Origin: a virus
Lineage: Duplodnaviria; Caudoviricetes
Virus record (IMG/VR): IMGVR_UViG_3300044233_001339
Location: 1 to 33,029 of that record
Direction: 5' to 3' (one strand)
DNA length: 33,029 nucleotides
The first letter of the stretch is position 1, and every line of letters starts with the position of its first letter. Shown here piece after piece: positions 1-7,825 of this stretch. The notes beneath the pieces were generated by a model, which was given only the letters and a program-made list of their open reading frames with translations, ran no database searches and was not told where the DNA came from. A program made the position numbers and the translations under genes.

Positions 1-1745
1 ATTCCATGACTTCCATCAAAAGAAATTCTAAAATCTTGGTCATTGCCTAAACGTAAAACTTTAGAATCAAATAAAAAAATGTCACTATTAAAAGTTGCTT
101 CTCCTGCGGCTGACATATCAAGCGTGAGGGCTGTAATGGTTGAGCCGCCATCGTTGCCTTTGAAGAGTATATCGGAGTCTGATGTTATATTTCGTATTAT
201 TCCGTCACTTCCATCAAATAACATCATAAAGTCTTGGTCAGTTCCTAGACGAACAGCTTTGCTGTCTAAAACTCTGATATCAGAATTAAAAAACGCATCT
301 CCACTTTCTGACATATCAAGTGTCAGGGCTGTAACATTGCTTCCGCCATCGTTGCCATAAAAAACTAAATCCCCATCACTTATATTTGACTGAATAAAAA
401 AGTTATCGCCTGACTTAAAAAATGTTCCAAATTGTGTACCATTGTCTTTTAACTTTATGTCTGCGCCATCTGCATCCAGTATGATGTCTCCCGCAACGTC
501 TAAAGTGAGGTTGCCTGAAGCATTGCTTATATCTCCGGTTACCTGAATACCTGTGGGGGTGGTTTCTAGTTTTTTGCTACCACCAAAATAAAGTTCCACA
601 CTATTTGATTGGTTCATGTTGGCTAAAGTATTTCCAACGGCATCTATGAAAAGAATATCATTGCCACCCTTTATGATTAAATCACCAGTTCCTATATCAT
701 TAATGTAACTGTTAGACCCATCATGGTAAATCTGTAAATCTTGTGAATTACCAAATCGTATTGCATTATTATCAGGAATATTTAAATCTGTAAATTGAGA
801 AACAGCGGAGGCTACAACTGAGCCTGTTACATTTATACCACTTGAATTTACAATTACACGATTAGACCCTGCTTGTGACCTTATCGCCAAGTTATCAGAA
901 TCAAGGAGGATGTAGTTTCCGTTAGTATTCTTTAAGACACCATTCGTTCCATCTGAATAAATTTCTAAATCATTACCTGCTCCAAAAATAGCCTTACCAT
1001 TATCAGGGAAGTTAGCATTGTTTGTAATTGAAATGCCTGTGGAGGTGGTTTGGAGTTTTACATTATTATCAAATCGTAGAACTACTTGAGCGTTTGGAAC
1101 ACACTCAATAAAATTTTCGCCTGTATCAGACTGTATACGAAGTTGGTTTGCTTGAATGTTTAAATTACCAGTACCTGCATCTTTAATATAACTATGATTT
1201 CCATCATGGTAAATCTGTAAATCTTGTGAATTACCAAATCGTATTGCATTATTATCAGGAATATTTACATCTGTAAATTGAGAAACAGCGGAGGCTACTA
1301 CGCCCCCTGTCACGCTTATGCCTGTGGAGGTGGTATCTAATTTTTTTGAAGTTCCGTAATAAAGACTTGCTACATCACCTATTCCTGAGAAGTATGCCTT
1401 TGAACCATCAGCGTTTTGTAGCAGTAAATTTTGACCTCTTACAAATAAATGACCTGTACCTGTGTCAGCTATAATTGACTCTGTTCCAGTATGATAAATT
1501 TCTAAATCATTACCTGTTCCAAACTGAGCCTTGACGTCATCGCCTAGAGATAGGTTGCCTGTAAGCGTCCCACCTGATAAGGGCAAGAATGAACCGCTAA
1601 GATTTGCAAATTCAACTATACTGCCACTAGAATTCTTATAGAATATCTTTCCATCAGCATAGTTTATGGCTATTTCACCATGAACTAGGGATGAGGGGAC
1701 GTTTGAGGATGTCCCCGAATTTTTTAATTTTATAGTTTGAGCCAT
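1..1745 (-). CDS. Long tail fibre / receptor-binding protein, N-terminal part (runs off the left end; absent from the ORF track)
   Basis: ATG at 1745. Manual translation is open to position 1 (581 codons): MAQTIKLKNSGTSSNVPSSLVHGEIAINYADGKIFYKN..., with recurring fibre modules (FGxxxDLxIYHDG, KKLxTTxTGI, GNDGGSxxTALTLDMS). Confidence 0.85.
   Translation of the reverse strand, partial: MAQTIKLKNSGTSSNVPSSLVHGEIAINYADGKIFYKNSSGSIVEFANLSGSFLPLSGGTLTGNLSLGDDVKAQFGTGNDLEIYHTGTESIIADTGTGHLFVRGQNLLLQNADGSKAYFSGIGDVASLYYGTSKKLDTTSTGISVTGGVVASAVSQFTDVNIPDNNAIRFGNSQDLQIYHDGNHSYIKDAGTGNLNIQANQLRIQSDTGENFIECVPNAQVVLRFDNNVKLQTTSTGISITNNANFPDNGKAIFGAGNDLEIYSDGTNGVLKNTNGNYILLDSDNLAIRSQAGSNRVIVNSSGINVTGSVVASAVSQFTDLNIPDNNAIRFGNSQDLQIYHDGSNSYINDIGTGDLIIKGGNDILFIDAVGNTLANMNQSNSVELYFGGSKKLETTPTGIQVTGDISNASGNLTLDVAGDIILDADGADIKLKDNGTQFGTFFKSGDNFFIQSNISDGDLVFYGNDGGSNVTALTLDMSESGDAFFNSDIRVLDSKAVRLGTDQDFMMLFDGSDGIIRNITSDSDILFKGNDGGSTITALTLDMSAAGEATFNSDIFLFDSKVLRLGNDQDFRISFDGSHG
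718..1298. repeat. 98-bp direct repeat (718-815 and 1201-1298), 1 mismatch, inside the fibre gene
   Basis: Direct comparison; offset 483 nt (161 codons); encodes VASAVSQFTD(L/V)NIPDNNAIRFGNSQDLQIYHDG. Confidence 0.95.
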
Positions 1746-1759
1746 AAAAGACTACCTAA

Positions 1760-3397
1760 TTAAAAGTTGCCGCCATCAACAACGCCTGTATAAGTGCTAC
1801 CCCAATTAGCCGCTGTAAGAAGTGTCGTCAACGTGCCTGTAGCTTGATCTACACGAAAAGAGCTTTCCTCTTCATCCCAAATAAGTTTCGCATTTGTTCG
1901 GGAAGGTGAATTTTCACCACCTGTCTGGCCTCGGTAAACATGAAAGCCACCGTCTGCGGCTGACGTGCTATGTGGTAAATCTGCATTTAACCTTATAATG
2001 CTATCGCCAGTTGTAACAGTCTGAGAATCTAAAGTAGTCGTTGTACCAGTTACTCGGAGATTTCCTAAAATGATTACTTCACCTGTGTCGTCTGTAGTTC
2101 CCCCAGTATTTTGTGATCCAACATCGCCTGTATCAACAGGTGAAGGATCAATATAAAACGTGGTTGGCCCTTTTAAAACACCGTTTAATTTACAATCGCC
2201 ACCTAAAAAAGTACCACCCGTTCCAATATTTAAAGTTTCGGTATCAGGAATCCAAGCTAACGTCCTATCCGCTTTAAATGCTTTTGTGCCTGAAAAATCA
2301 TCATAGAAACCTATATAGTGAGATGAAGTGCTAGTTGTATCTTCAGTTACAACTGCGTTCGATGCATTAGTTGCATTAGTTGCATTAGCTACTGAAGTAG
2401 GAACTGAGTCATCTACATATTTTTTGATTGATTGTTGTGTTGCAAGTGCAGTGGCACTGTCAGAAATCATATCATCTTGATCAAGAATAGTAGTAACTGT
2501 CGAACCAGAACCAAGTTGAAAACCGCTTGGTGAGACCGTTACTACAGTATCAGATTCAGAAACTATTTTTGTTTGTAAATTATTTGTGCCACTTATAGTA
2601 TCAATAATAATACCGTCATCAGAATTATCAGCGGTAAGGTCTAAATTTTGACCAATAATTTTTAATCTACCTGAGCCTGTTTCTTTTATAGTAGCAGTTT
2701 TAGTTGATCCAGAAACGGTATAGCCTATTTCTAGCCTATCTGTAGTTGAACTAGTGCCACCAAAAATAGCTTTTGAAGTGGTAGAAAAATTAATATTGTC
2801 ACTGGCAGAGACATTTATGCTAGTGCCGCCAGTTGTGCTACCAAGAACTAAAGTCTGTGCAAGAGTTTCATTAGTGTCTGTCCAAGGTACATTAACAACC
2901 ATTTTATTAGTGTTAGTTAACTGTACTCCATAGTTTCTTGAATTTGTTGTTGTTACTGAATTAACATCAGATTCAGCTACATCAGTGTCGCTAAATAATT
3001 TAACACCGCCCCTTATAGAAGTACTAGCAAGGGGTAACGTGTAAACTGTATTAGTATCAGACCAAGGTACATTAACTACAAGTTGATCACTACTATTTTT
3101 TTGAATCTTGTATGTTCTACTTGCAGTATTTGTTGAAGTGTTTGCCGCTACAGAGTTTGTTCCATCTATATTTGCAGAAATTGTTCCTGTAGAAGAATCA
3201 AAAGTTATTCCATCTCCACCATTGAGACTATCTACTAAATCAGTATAATACTTACCACCAACAGATACTACTGTGTTGTTTGAAGGTTGTCCTATAAAAA
3301 GCTTATCACTATTATCGGAATATGCTAATTCCCCCGCGGACAACGAAGAGGGGGTAGCAGTAGCCGAGCTTCTTTTAATCTGAATTGTTTGTGCCAT
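1760..3397 (-). CDS. Tail/head fibre protein with Mtd-N-like N-terminus
   Basis: 545 aa, rich in Thr/Ser/Gly; N-terminus IQIKRS...P..L..GELAY; repeated VVNVPWxDTN; GNLRVTGTTTT; ends VDGGNF. Confidence 0.75.
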   Translation of the reverse strand: MAQTIQIKRSSATATPSSLSAGELAYSDNSDKLFIGQPSNNTVVSVGGKYYTDLVDSLNGGDGITFDSSTGTISANIDGTNSVAANTSTNTASRTYKIQKNSSDQLVVNVPWSDTNTVYTLPLASTSIRGGVKLFSDTDVAESDVNSVTTTNSRNYGVQLTNTNKMVVNVPWTDTNETLAQTLVLGSTTGGTSINVSASDNINFSTTSKAIFGGTSSTTDRLEIGYTVSGSTKTATIKETGSGRLKIIGQNLDLTADNSDDGIIIDTISGTNNLQTKIVSESDTVVTVSPSGFQLGSGSTVTTILDQDDMISDSATALATQQSIKKYVDDSVPTSVANATNATNASNAVVTEDTTSTSSHYIGFYDDFSGTKAFKADRTLAWIPDTETLNIGTGGTFLGGDCKLNGVLKGPTTFYIDPSPVDTGDVGSQNTGGTTDDTGEVIILGNLRVTGTTTTLDSQTVTTGDSIIRLNADLPHSTSAADGGFHVYRGQTGGENSPSRTNAKLIWDEEESSFRVDQATGTLTTLLTAANWGSTYTGVVDGGNF

Positions 3398-3409
3398 GTT
3401 TGTGTCCTA

Positions 3410-3724
3410 TTAAAAACCTCCACCAGTTATTACACTAGCAGAGTTTAAAGTTGCTATCCAAACGGAACCTGTATATATTTTGAGTTCGTTGTTTGTACTA
3501 TTAAAATATAAGGCTCCAATTAATAAAGCGTTTCCATCATTATCCAAGGAAGGATCAACAGATTTTGATCCTAAATATCTATCATCAAAACTATCAAAAG
3601 AGTTAATAGCTTGAGTTGCAAGAGCACTTGCGTTTTGAGCAAGTAAAGCTTGTTGAGTAACTTCATCAAGAAGACCAAAAGCTGTAGATGTTCCAGAGCC
3701 ACCTGCTCCTCTAAATAATGCCAT
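3410..3724 (-). CDS. Short fibre/adaptor virion protein
   Basis: 104 aa; FDDRYLGxK...DNDGNAL..GALYFN motif typical of podovirus fibres; immediately downstream of the capsid gene; GGAG RBS. Confidence 0.6.
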   Translation of the reverse strand: MALFRGAGGSGTSTAFGLLDEVTQQALLAQNASALATQAINSFDSFDDRYLGSKSVDPSLDNDGNALLIGALYFNSTNNELKIYTGSVWIATLNSASVITGGGF

Positions 3725-3741
3725 GATAACTCCTAGTAAAT

Positions 3742-3770
3742 GAGGGGAATCAAAAGACTCCCCTCGTTTT
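3742..3770. terminator. Stem-loop after the major capsid gene (probably a leaky terminator)
   Basis: On the - strand GAGGGGAGTC-TTTT-GATTCCCCTC followed only by ATTT; T-run on the + side. Confidence 0.7.
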
Positions 3771-3773
3771 TAC

Positions 3774-4727
3774 TTATCCGTTGACAGCTAATACTATGCC
3801 TGACTCTGGTCGAAGTACCTTGACTCCGTAAAGAGTGTCAGCAGTATACAAGGTTCCAAGGAACTCTTGCTTGTACTGAGTCTGTGAACGTACACCTTGT
3901 TGCTCTGCCATAACCATAGCGTCTGTATGGAGAAGTAGAGCCTCTTTGATATCTCCACCGGCACTGTTGTCAGCCGCGGCTTCAATTACTGGACAGTTAG
4001 ATGAAACAAAGATATCGATACCATAAAGGTTACCGATAAGACCGTTTCTTACGCCTCTTCCGTCTACGAAGTCAGAAGACATATATCGGTCAATACCCAT
4101 GATTTCATTTCTTACTGAGGGTGGTATAACTAAAGAACGTCCGTCCATTGGAACATCTGCGTCATCTAGTTGTTGGATAGCCGCTCGGAAACCGGCATCG
4201 TTGAACTTATCGTTCGCGTCAACTTGATCAGTTGCATATACTTGGATTCCTGAAGAACCGTCAAAGCTAAACACATTTGAGTGTGTAAAGTCTGATCCAT
4301 CTCCGTCACCTAGTGACTTACCAAGTGCAAACAAGTCTAAGTCTACTTGTCTAGCAAGAGCGTAACCTGCGTCACCTGTGTAGAACTGACGTAGTGAAGC
4401 CAAAGCCTGAACTTCAGTAATGTCTTCAATTAAACGTGAGTACTCAAAGTGCTTGTCAATAGTTACTTGAACTTCACTTTCAGTTGCGTTTTGAATTGTT
4501 ACTGCTGTATTCTCAGCTTTAGCAGAGGCAGAACCTCTTGTTGGTTTTGGTATGTGTAAAGTATCTCCTTTCTTACCAGTCATAGCCATTTTTTTGACTA
4601 AGTTAGCAAGTACTAGAGACTTTTCATAGCCGGCAATAACTTCATCACTCCAAATCTCTGGAATAAAAGTAGCCGCACTAGTGTTGTCTACCGCCCCGCC
4701 CATTGCGGGATATGTTGATTGAGCCAT
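3774..4727 (-). CDS. Major capsid protein
   Basis: 317 aa; FIPEIWSDEV, GDTLHIP, ADTLYGVKVLRPE motifs of podoviral HK97-fold capsids; follows scaffold, precedes a hairpin. Confidence 0.9.
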   Translation of the reverse strand: MAQSTYPAMGGAVDNTSAATFIPEIWSDEVIAGYEKSLVLANLVKKMAMTGKKGDTLHIPKPTRGSASAKAENTAVTIQNATESEVQVTIDKHFEYSRLIEDITEVQALASLRQFYTGDAGYALARQVDLDLFALGKSLGDGDGSDFTHSNVFSFDGSSGIQVYATDQVDANDKFNDAGFRAAIQQLDDADVPMDGRSLVIPPSVRNEIMGIDRYMSSDFVDGRGVRNGLIGNLYGIDIFVSSNCPVIEAAADNSAGGDIKEALLLHTDAMVMAEQQGVRSQTQYKQEFLGTLYTADTLYGVKVLRPESGIVLAVNG

Positions 4728-4742
4728 AATACTAGTCCTTAA

Positions 4743-5573
4743 TTAGTTTCGGACTCTCCTTTCTTGATAGGCTTGCATTATCTCATCTGACAATGCTAAA
4801 TATCTTTCTGGATCGTCCTTCATTAGTTTAATAATGTCAGAACGTCTATAAATTTTTTTAGATGCTTTTTCACCGCTTCCTCTAGCACTTCCAGTAGATG
4901 CCGCTTTAAGTGCATCTTTGCGTTGTTGTTTTTCATTGTCCGCAGTCTGGCTTACTATTTGCTGACGTTCTTTCCATGTGGAAAACAATTCATCAGCGGC
5001 TTCATAATCATACTCTCTATCAGCCTGTGTAAACAGTTGAGTTCTTATCTTACTACCTTTAATCCAATCAACAAACTTTGCATCGTTCAGAATATCTTTC
5101 ATATCAGGATGTCTTTTTTGTAACTCAGTCATCGCTGTTTGTTGTTGATAATCTACAGAAGCTTGCTCTGCTTGTTTTATCTTTGGATGGTTGTTGATTG
5201 CTCTTTCAACCGCCTTCTCAGGATCAGAGAAAAAATCTATTTGTTCTTCCTCATCCTTTTCTTTCGGTGCATTAGTTTTTGAGAGTTGAGTCTGGATATA
5301 ATCATCAACGACTTTTCTTAGCTCACCTACTTCAGAACTCTGTCTACCTAAAAGTTTCTCAGCTTCTTGGTGCATACGCACTATATCTGCTGTGCTTTTA
5401 CCTTTGTACTTATCTGGAATTTCTTCCTCAGTACTTTGTGTTGTTTCCGGTTCGGGTGTTGATTCCTCGATTGGTTCTAAAGGTTTGTCAACACTAGTTT
5501 CATTTATATTGCTAATTTCTTCAGTTTCGTTTTTATCGTCTTTATCCGGACGCTCATCTATAAAAGTTGCCAT
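4743..5573 (-). CDS. Capsid scaffolding protein
   Basis: Acidic N-terminus, helical, directly upstream of the capsid gene. Start moved to ATG 5573 (MATFID), which has a GGGG RBS. Confidence 0.8.
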   Translation of the reverse strand: MATFIDERPDKDDKNETEEISNINETSVDKPLEPIEESTPEPETTQSTEEEIPDKYKGKSTADIVRMHQEAEKLLGRQSSEVGELRKVVDDYIQTQLSKTNAPKEKDEEEQIDFFSDPEKAVERAINNHPKIKQAEQASVDYQQQTAMTELQKRHPDMKDILNDAKFVDWIKGSKIRTQLFTQADREYDYEAADELFSTWKERQQIVSQTADNEKQQRKDALKAASTGSARGSGEKASKKIYRRSDIIKLMKDDPERYLALSDEIMQAYQERRVRN

Positions 5574-5624
5574 TATTAAACCCCGTTGGTAATCCAATTA
5601 TGGAGGTGTATTATGTAAGGATTA

Positions 5625-5855
5625 CTACGAATTTGCCTTACGTTCTTTTTGTATCTTCTTTTCGCGATCTCTAGCCCATTTCATGGTAGCACCTACAAAA
5701 TCACCTGATATGGGATCAAGGAGACTGCGAACAGGAGATATAACTTTACTAGCTATTTCAGAACAAACTGGACACTCTATCTCTCTAGTTTTATTATCTA
5801 TTAACTTTTCAGTAGTGTGTCCATTACTGCATTTAAAATCAATGAAGATTCTCAT
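5625..5855 (-). CDS. FmdB-like zinc-ribbon protein
   Basis: 76 aa; FKCSNGH...CPVC. Confidence 0.65.
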   Translation of the reverse strand: MRIFIDFKCSNGHTTEKLIDNKTREIECPVCSEIASKVISPVRSLLDPISGDFVGATMKWARDREKKIQKERKANS

Positions 5856-6154
5856 TAGTTTACACTTTTAGAAACTTCACTATCCTCTTCTTCAAATGCT
5901 TCTACTTCTTCTTGTTCAGCTTGTTCTTTAGCTGTTTTTAGTCCTTCCTCTAAATTTAACAAACTTGCTATTATTGAAAGTTGACCTTTACGAAAATGAA
6001 GGTCTTTCACATCTTTACAAGCATCTAAATTATTTATTTGGAAGCCATTGTTTTTCAAGTCTTCTAAAAGATTCTTCCAACCCTCTGTTCTAAACATCTC
6101 TTCAAATGATCGGTTTACTTTTTCAAAGTTTGCGTGTTCTTCTGTTGTTGTCAT
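5855..6154 (-). CDS. Hypothetical protein (head module)
   Basis: 99 aa; GGAG RBS; TAATG coupling to the next gene. Confidence 0.7.
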   Translation of the reverse strand: MTTTEEHANFEKVNRSFEEMFRTEGWKNLLEDLKNNGFQINNLDACKDVKDLHFRKGQLSIIASLLNLEEGLKTAKEQAEQEEVEAFEEEDSEVSKSVN

Positions 6155-6211
6155 ACTGTTTCTCCAAAGGACAGTTAATTAATAGAATATACTATACTTA
6201 GTATACTCTTT

Positions 6212-6240
6212 ATTATATCACATTTTTAACGAAATGTCAA
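6212..6240 (-). promoter_or_regulatory. Consensus sigma70 promoter for the scaffold/capsid operon
   Basis: TTGACA-17 nt-TATAAT with extended -10 TG. Confidence 0.9.
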
Positions 6241-6243
6241 GTA

Positions 6244-6321
6244 TTACTTTTTTCTAGGCTTTCGCTTTGGTTTAGTAACTACTTTCTTTTTCTTTTTGGG
6301 TTTACCATATCCGTACATCAT
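6244..6321 (-). CDS. Tiny Lys-rich peptide (25 aa)
   Basis: MMYGYGKPKKKKKVVTKPKRKPRKK; ATGA overlap with the upstream gene; GAAGG RBS. Confidence 0.6.
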   Translation of the reverse strand: MMYGYGKPKKKKKVVTKPKRKPRKK

Positions 6322-6611
6322 TTCTTTGTTTTCCTTCTTTTGTGTTGATAAGAAATTTTTTTGCTTGAAGTTTTTGTTCTTTTAAATTTCGATTTTTCAG
6401 CAGAAGACATTTCACCAGTAGTCTTTGGTGTTTTACTTGAGACTCGTTTCGATGGTCTACAAGCCGGGTACGGCCTTCCTTTTTCATTCTTTCCTCTACC
6501 ACATTTTTTACCCGTCTTAATATCTCGCCAGTCTTCTTTGAACCAACGAGTCAAACCGCCACTAGCTCTACTTTTTCTTTTTGGTGCTGACTTTTTTGTA
6601 TGTGCCGCCAC
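6318..6611 (-). CDS. Small basic hypothetical protein (GGLTRWFKExW / YPACRP family)
   Basis: 97 aa, very Lys/Arg-rich; the GTG start lies inside the upstream ORF and is uncertain. Confidence 0.7.
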   Translation of the reverse strand: MAAHTKKSAPKRKSRASGGLTRWFKEDWRDIKTGKKCGRGKNEKGRPYPACRPSKRVSSKTPKTTGEMSSAEKSKFKRTKTSSKKISYQHKRRKTKK

Positions 6612-6738
6612 GTTTCTTATACTCCCTAACTAACCATGCATTAGCGTATGCGCTCGGATATACTGCAAACTTACGCTTTGCTTCTGACTTTACTCTTGAA
6701 TATAGAGATTTATTTACAGGAACATTTTTACTAGCCAT
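6568..6738 (-). CDS. Small basic hypothetical protein (56 aa)
   Basis: MASKNVPVNKSLYSRVKSEAKRKFAVYPSAYANAWLVREYKKRGGTYKKVSTKKKK; TAATG coupling; GAGG RBS. Confidence 0.75.
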   Translation of the reverse strand: MASKNVPVNKSLYSRVKSEAKRKFAVYPSAYANAWLVREYKKRGGTYKKVSTKKKK

Positions 6739-6860
6739 TACTTTTTGCCTCTTTTATTTCTTCTAGCCGCTGTAATGATATCTCTTCTAGTTATTTTATT
6801 TCTAGGAGGTGCTATAGCCGCAAGCTTTTTTTGCTTGGGTGTCATTTTTTTCTTTGGCAT
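6738..6860 (-). CDS. Small basic hypothetical protein (40 aa)
   Basis: MPKKKMTPKQKKLAAIAPPRNKITRRDIITAARRNKRGKK; TAATG overlap at both ends; GAGG RBS. Confidence 0.7.
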   Translation of the reverse strand: MPKKKMTPKQKKLAAIAPPRNKITRRDIITAARRNKRGKK

Positions 6861-7036
6861 TATTTTTTCCTCATTGCTTTTGCTTTAGCTGTTTTAGATA
6901 AGTCCTTCATGTGAAATAAAGGCTTACTGTTTTTTGTATGTCTTGCTCCGCTATGTAGTGAACCATCGGGCATTTTATGAGTTCCCCCCATATGAGGAGT
7001 ACCATCTCGAAAATAATGTTTTACACCTTTAGCCAT
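6860..7036 (-). CDS. Small His-rich basic protein (58 aa)
   Basis: MAKGVKHYFRDGTPHMGGTHKMPDGSLHSGARHTKNSKPLFHMKDLSKTAKAKAMRKK; GAGG RBS. Confidence 0.75.
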   Translation of the reverse strand: MAKGVKHYFRDGTPHMGGTHKMPDGSLHSGARHTKNSKPLFHMKDLSKTAKAKAMRKK

Positions 7037-7038
7037 AA

Positions 7039-7194
7039 TTACCTCGTCAATATATTATACATAATTAAAAAACAACAAGTTATATTTATTAACACTATAA
7101 CTGTTCTTATTATGGAAACTAGTTCTACCTCTGATTCAGTATCACCAATAGGTTGACCTAGGCTTAACGCCCATATTTTCCATAGCTTTCTCAT
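7039..7194 (-). CDS. Small membrane protein (51 aa)
   Basis: MRKLWKIWALSLGQPIGDTESEVELVSIIRTVIVLINITCCFLIMYNILTR; C-terminal hydrophobic helix; fills the gap exactly. Confidence 0.7.
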   Translation of the reverse strand: MRKLWKIWALSLGQPIGDTESEVELVSIIRTVIVLINITCCFLIMYNILTR

Positions 7195-7197
7195 CTC

Positions 7198-7488
7198 TTA
7201 CCACTTTGTACGGTTAGCCCAATATGCCGCAGACATTTTACCTTTGGCTATATTTTTAGCGTGTCTTGCTTTAAAAGATTTTCTTTTAGCTTTCATACGA
7301 GCAGATTCACCCGCTTTTGGCTTTCCTGCGGTTTTGGCTCCTTGTTGACCAAATCTAATCGTCTTGACTTTGTCACCTTCTTTCGCCACGACAACATGGC
7401 TCTTTGTAGGGTGATTTGGGGTACGTTTCGGTTTATTGTATCCACTAACTCCTGCCCTTTCTAATCTTGAATCTTTTTTAGTACTCAT
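7198..7488 (-). CDS. Small basic hypothetical protein
   Basis: 96 aa; KTIRFGQQG, RKSFKARH, SAAYWA motifs; Lys/Arg-rich. Confidence 0.8.
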   Translation of the reverse strand: MSTKKDSRLERAGVSGYNKPKRTPNHPTKSHVVVAKEGDKVKTIRFGQQGAKTAGKPKAGESARMKAKRKSFKARHAKNIAKGKMSAAYWANRTKW

Positions 7489-7490
7489 TG

Positions 7491-7601
7491 TTAATCACCA
7501 AAAAAATATATGTAAACAAATAGACCGCCCCAGAAAAGAAACAATACTATTATGTGCCACCAACGTGCGCCTTCTCCGTTATAGTCTTCTAGCCAACTCA
7601 T
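7491..7601 (-). CDS. Small membrane protein (36 aa)
   Basis: MSWLEDYNGEGARWWHIIVLFLFWGGLFVYIYFFGD; ATGA overlap; a single TM helix. Confidence 0.6.
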   Translation of the reverse strand: MSWLEDYNGEGARWWHIIVLFLFWGGLFVYIYFFGD

Positions 7602-7825
7602 CTTAAAAAATCAAAAGCTTGACTTACAGATTGTTGACTAACACACTCACAATTTAAGTTTTTTCTATTTGGTCCTTGACAATATTTAACCATATCTCTA
7701 GGACATTGTACCTCGTTAAGATCAAACAAAGGTTTTCCTTCAAAAGTTATTGGCTTATAATCCTTTTCTACTGTAGCACATCCAAATGCTAAAGTCAATA
7801 GGGGAAGTAAATACCAAATTTTCAT
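7598..7825 (-). CDS. Putative lipoprotein
   Basis: 75 aa; signal peptide ending in lipobox-like LAFGC; four further Cys. Confidence 0.65.
   Translation of the reverse strand: MKIWYLLPLLTLAFGCATVEKDYKPITFEGKPLFDLNEVQCPRDMVKYCQGPNRKNLNCECVSQQSVSQAFDFLR

Noticed and set aside
43-360. 105-aa + strand ORF with an internal repeat
   Set aside because: Antisense shadow of the tail-fibre repeat on the - strand
718-1298. Diversity-generating retroelement (TR/VR pair near Mtd-like domains)
   Set aside because: No reverse transcriptase in the window; both copies are in-frame coding; only one mismatch; not at a C-terminus
3724-3790. T7 10A/10B-style capsid frameshift extension
   Set aside because: No slippery heptamer near the capsid stop; a hairpin and an independent RBS separate the genes
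6581-6766. + strand ORFs across the small-gene cluster (also 6361-6633 and 7261-7464) and the - strand ORF 6302-6502
   Set aside because: The region is fully tiled by coupled - strand ORFs with RBSs; these are shadow or alternate frames
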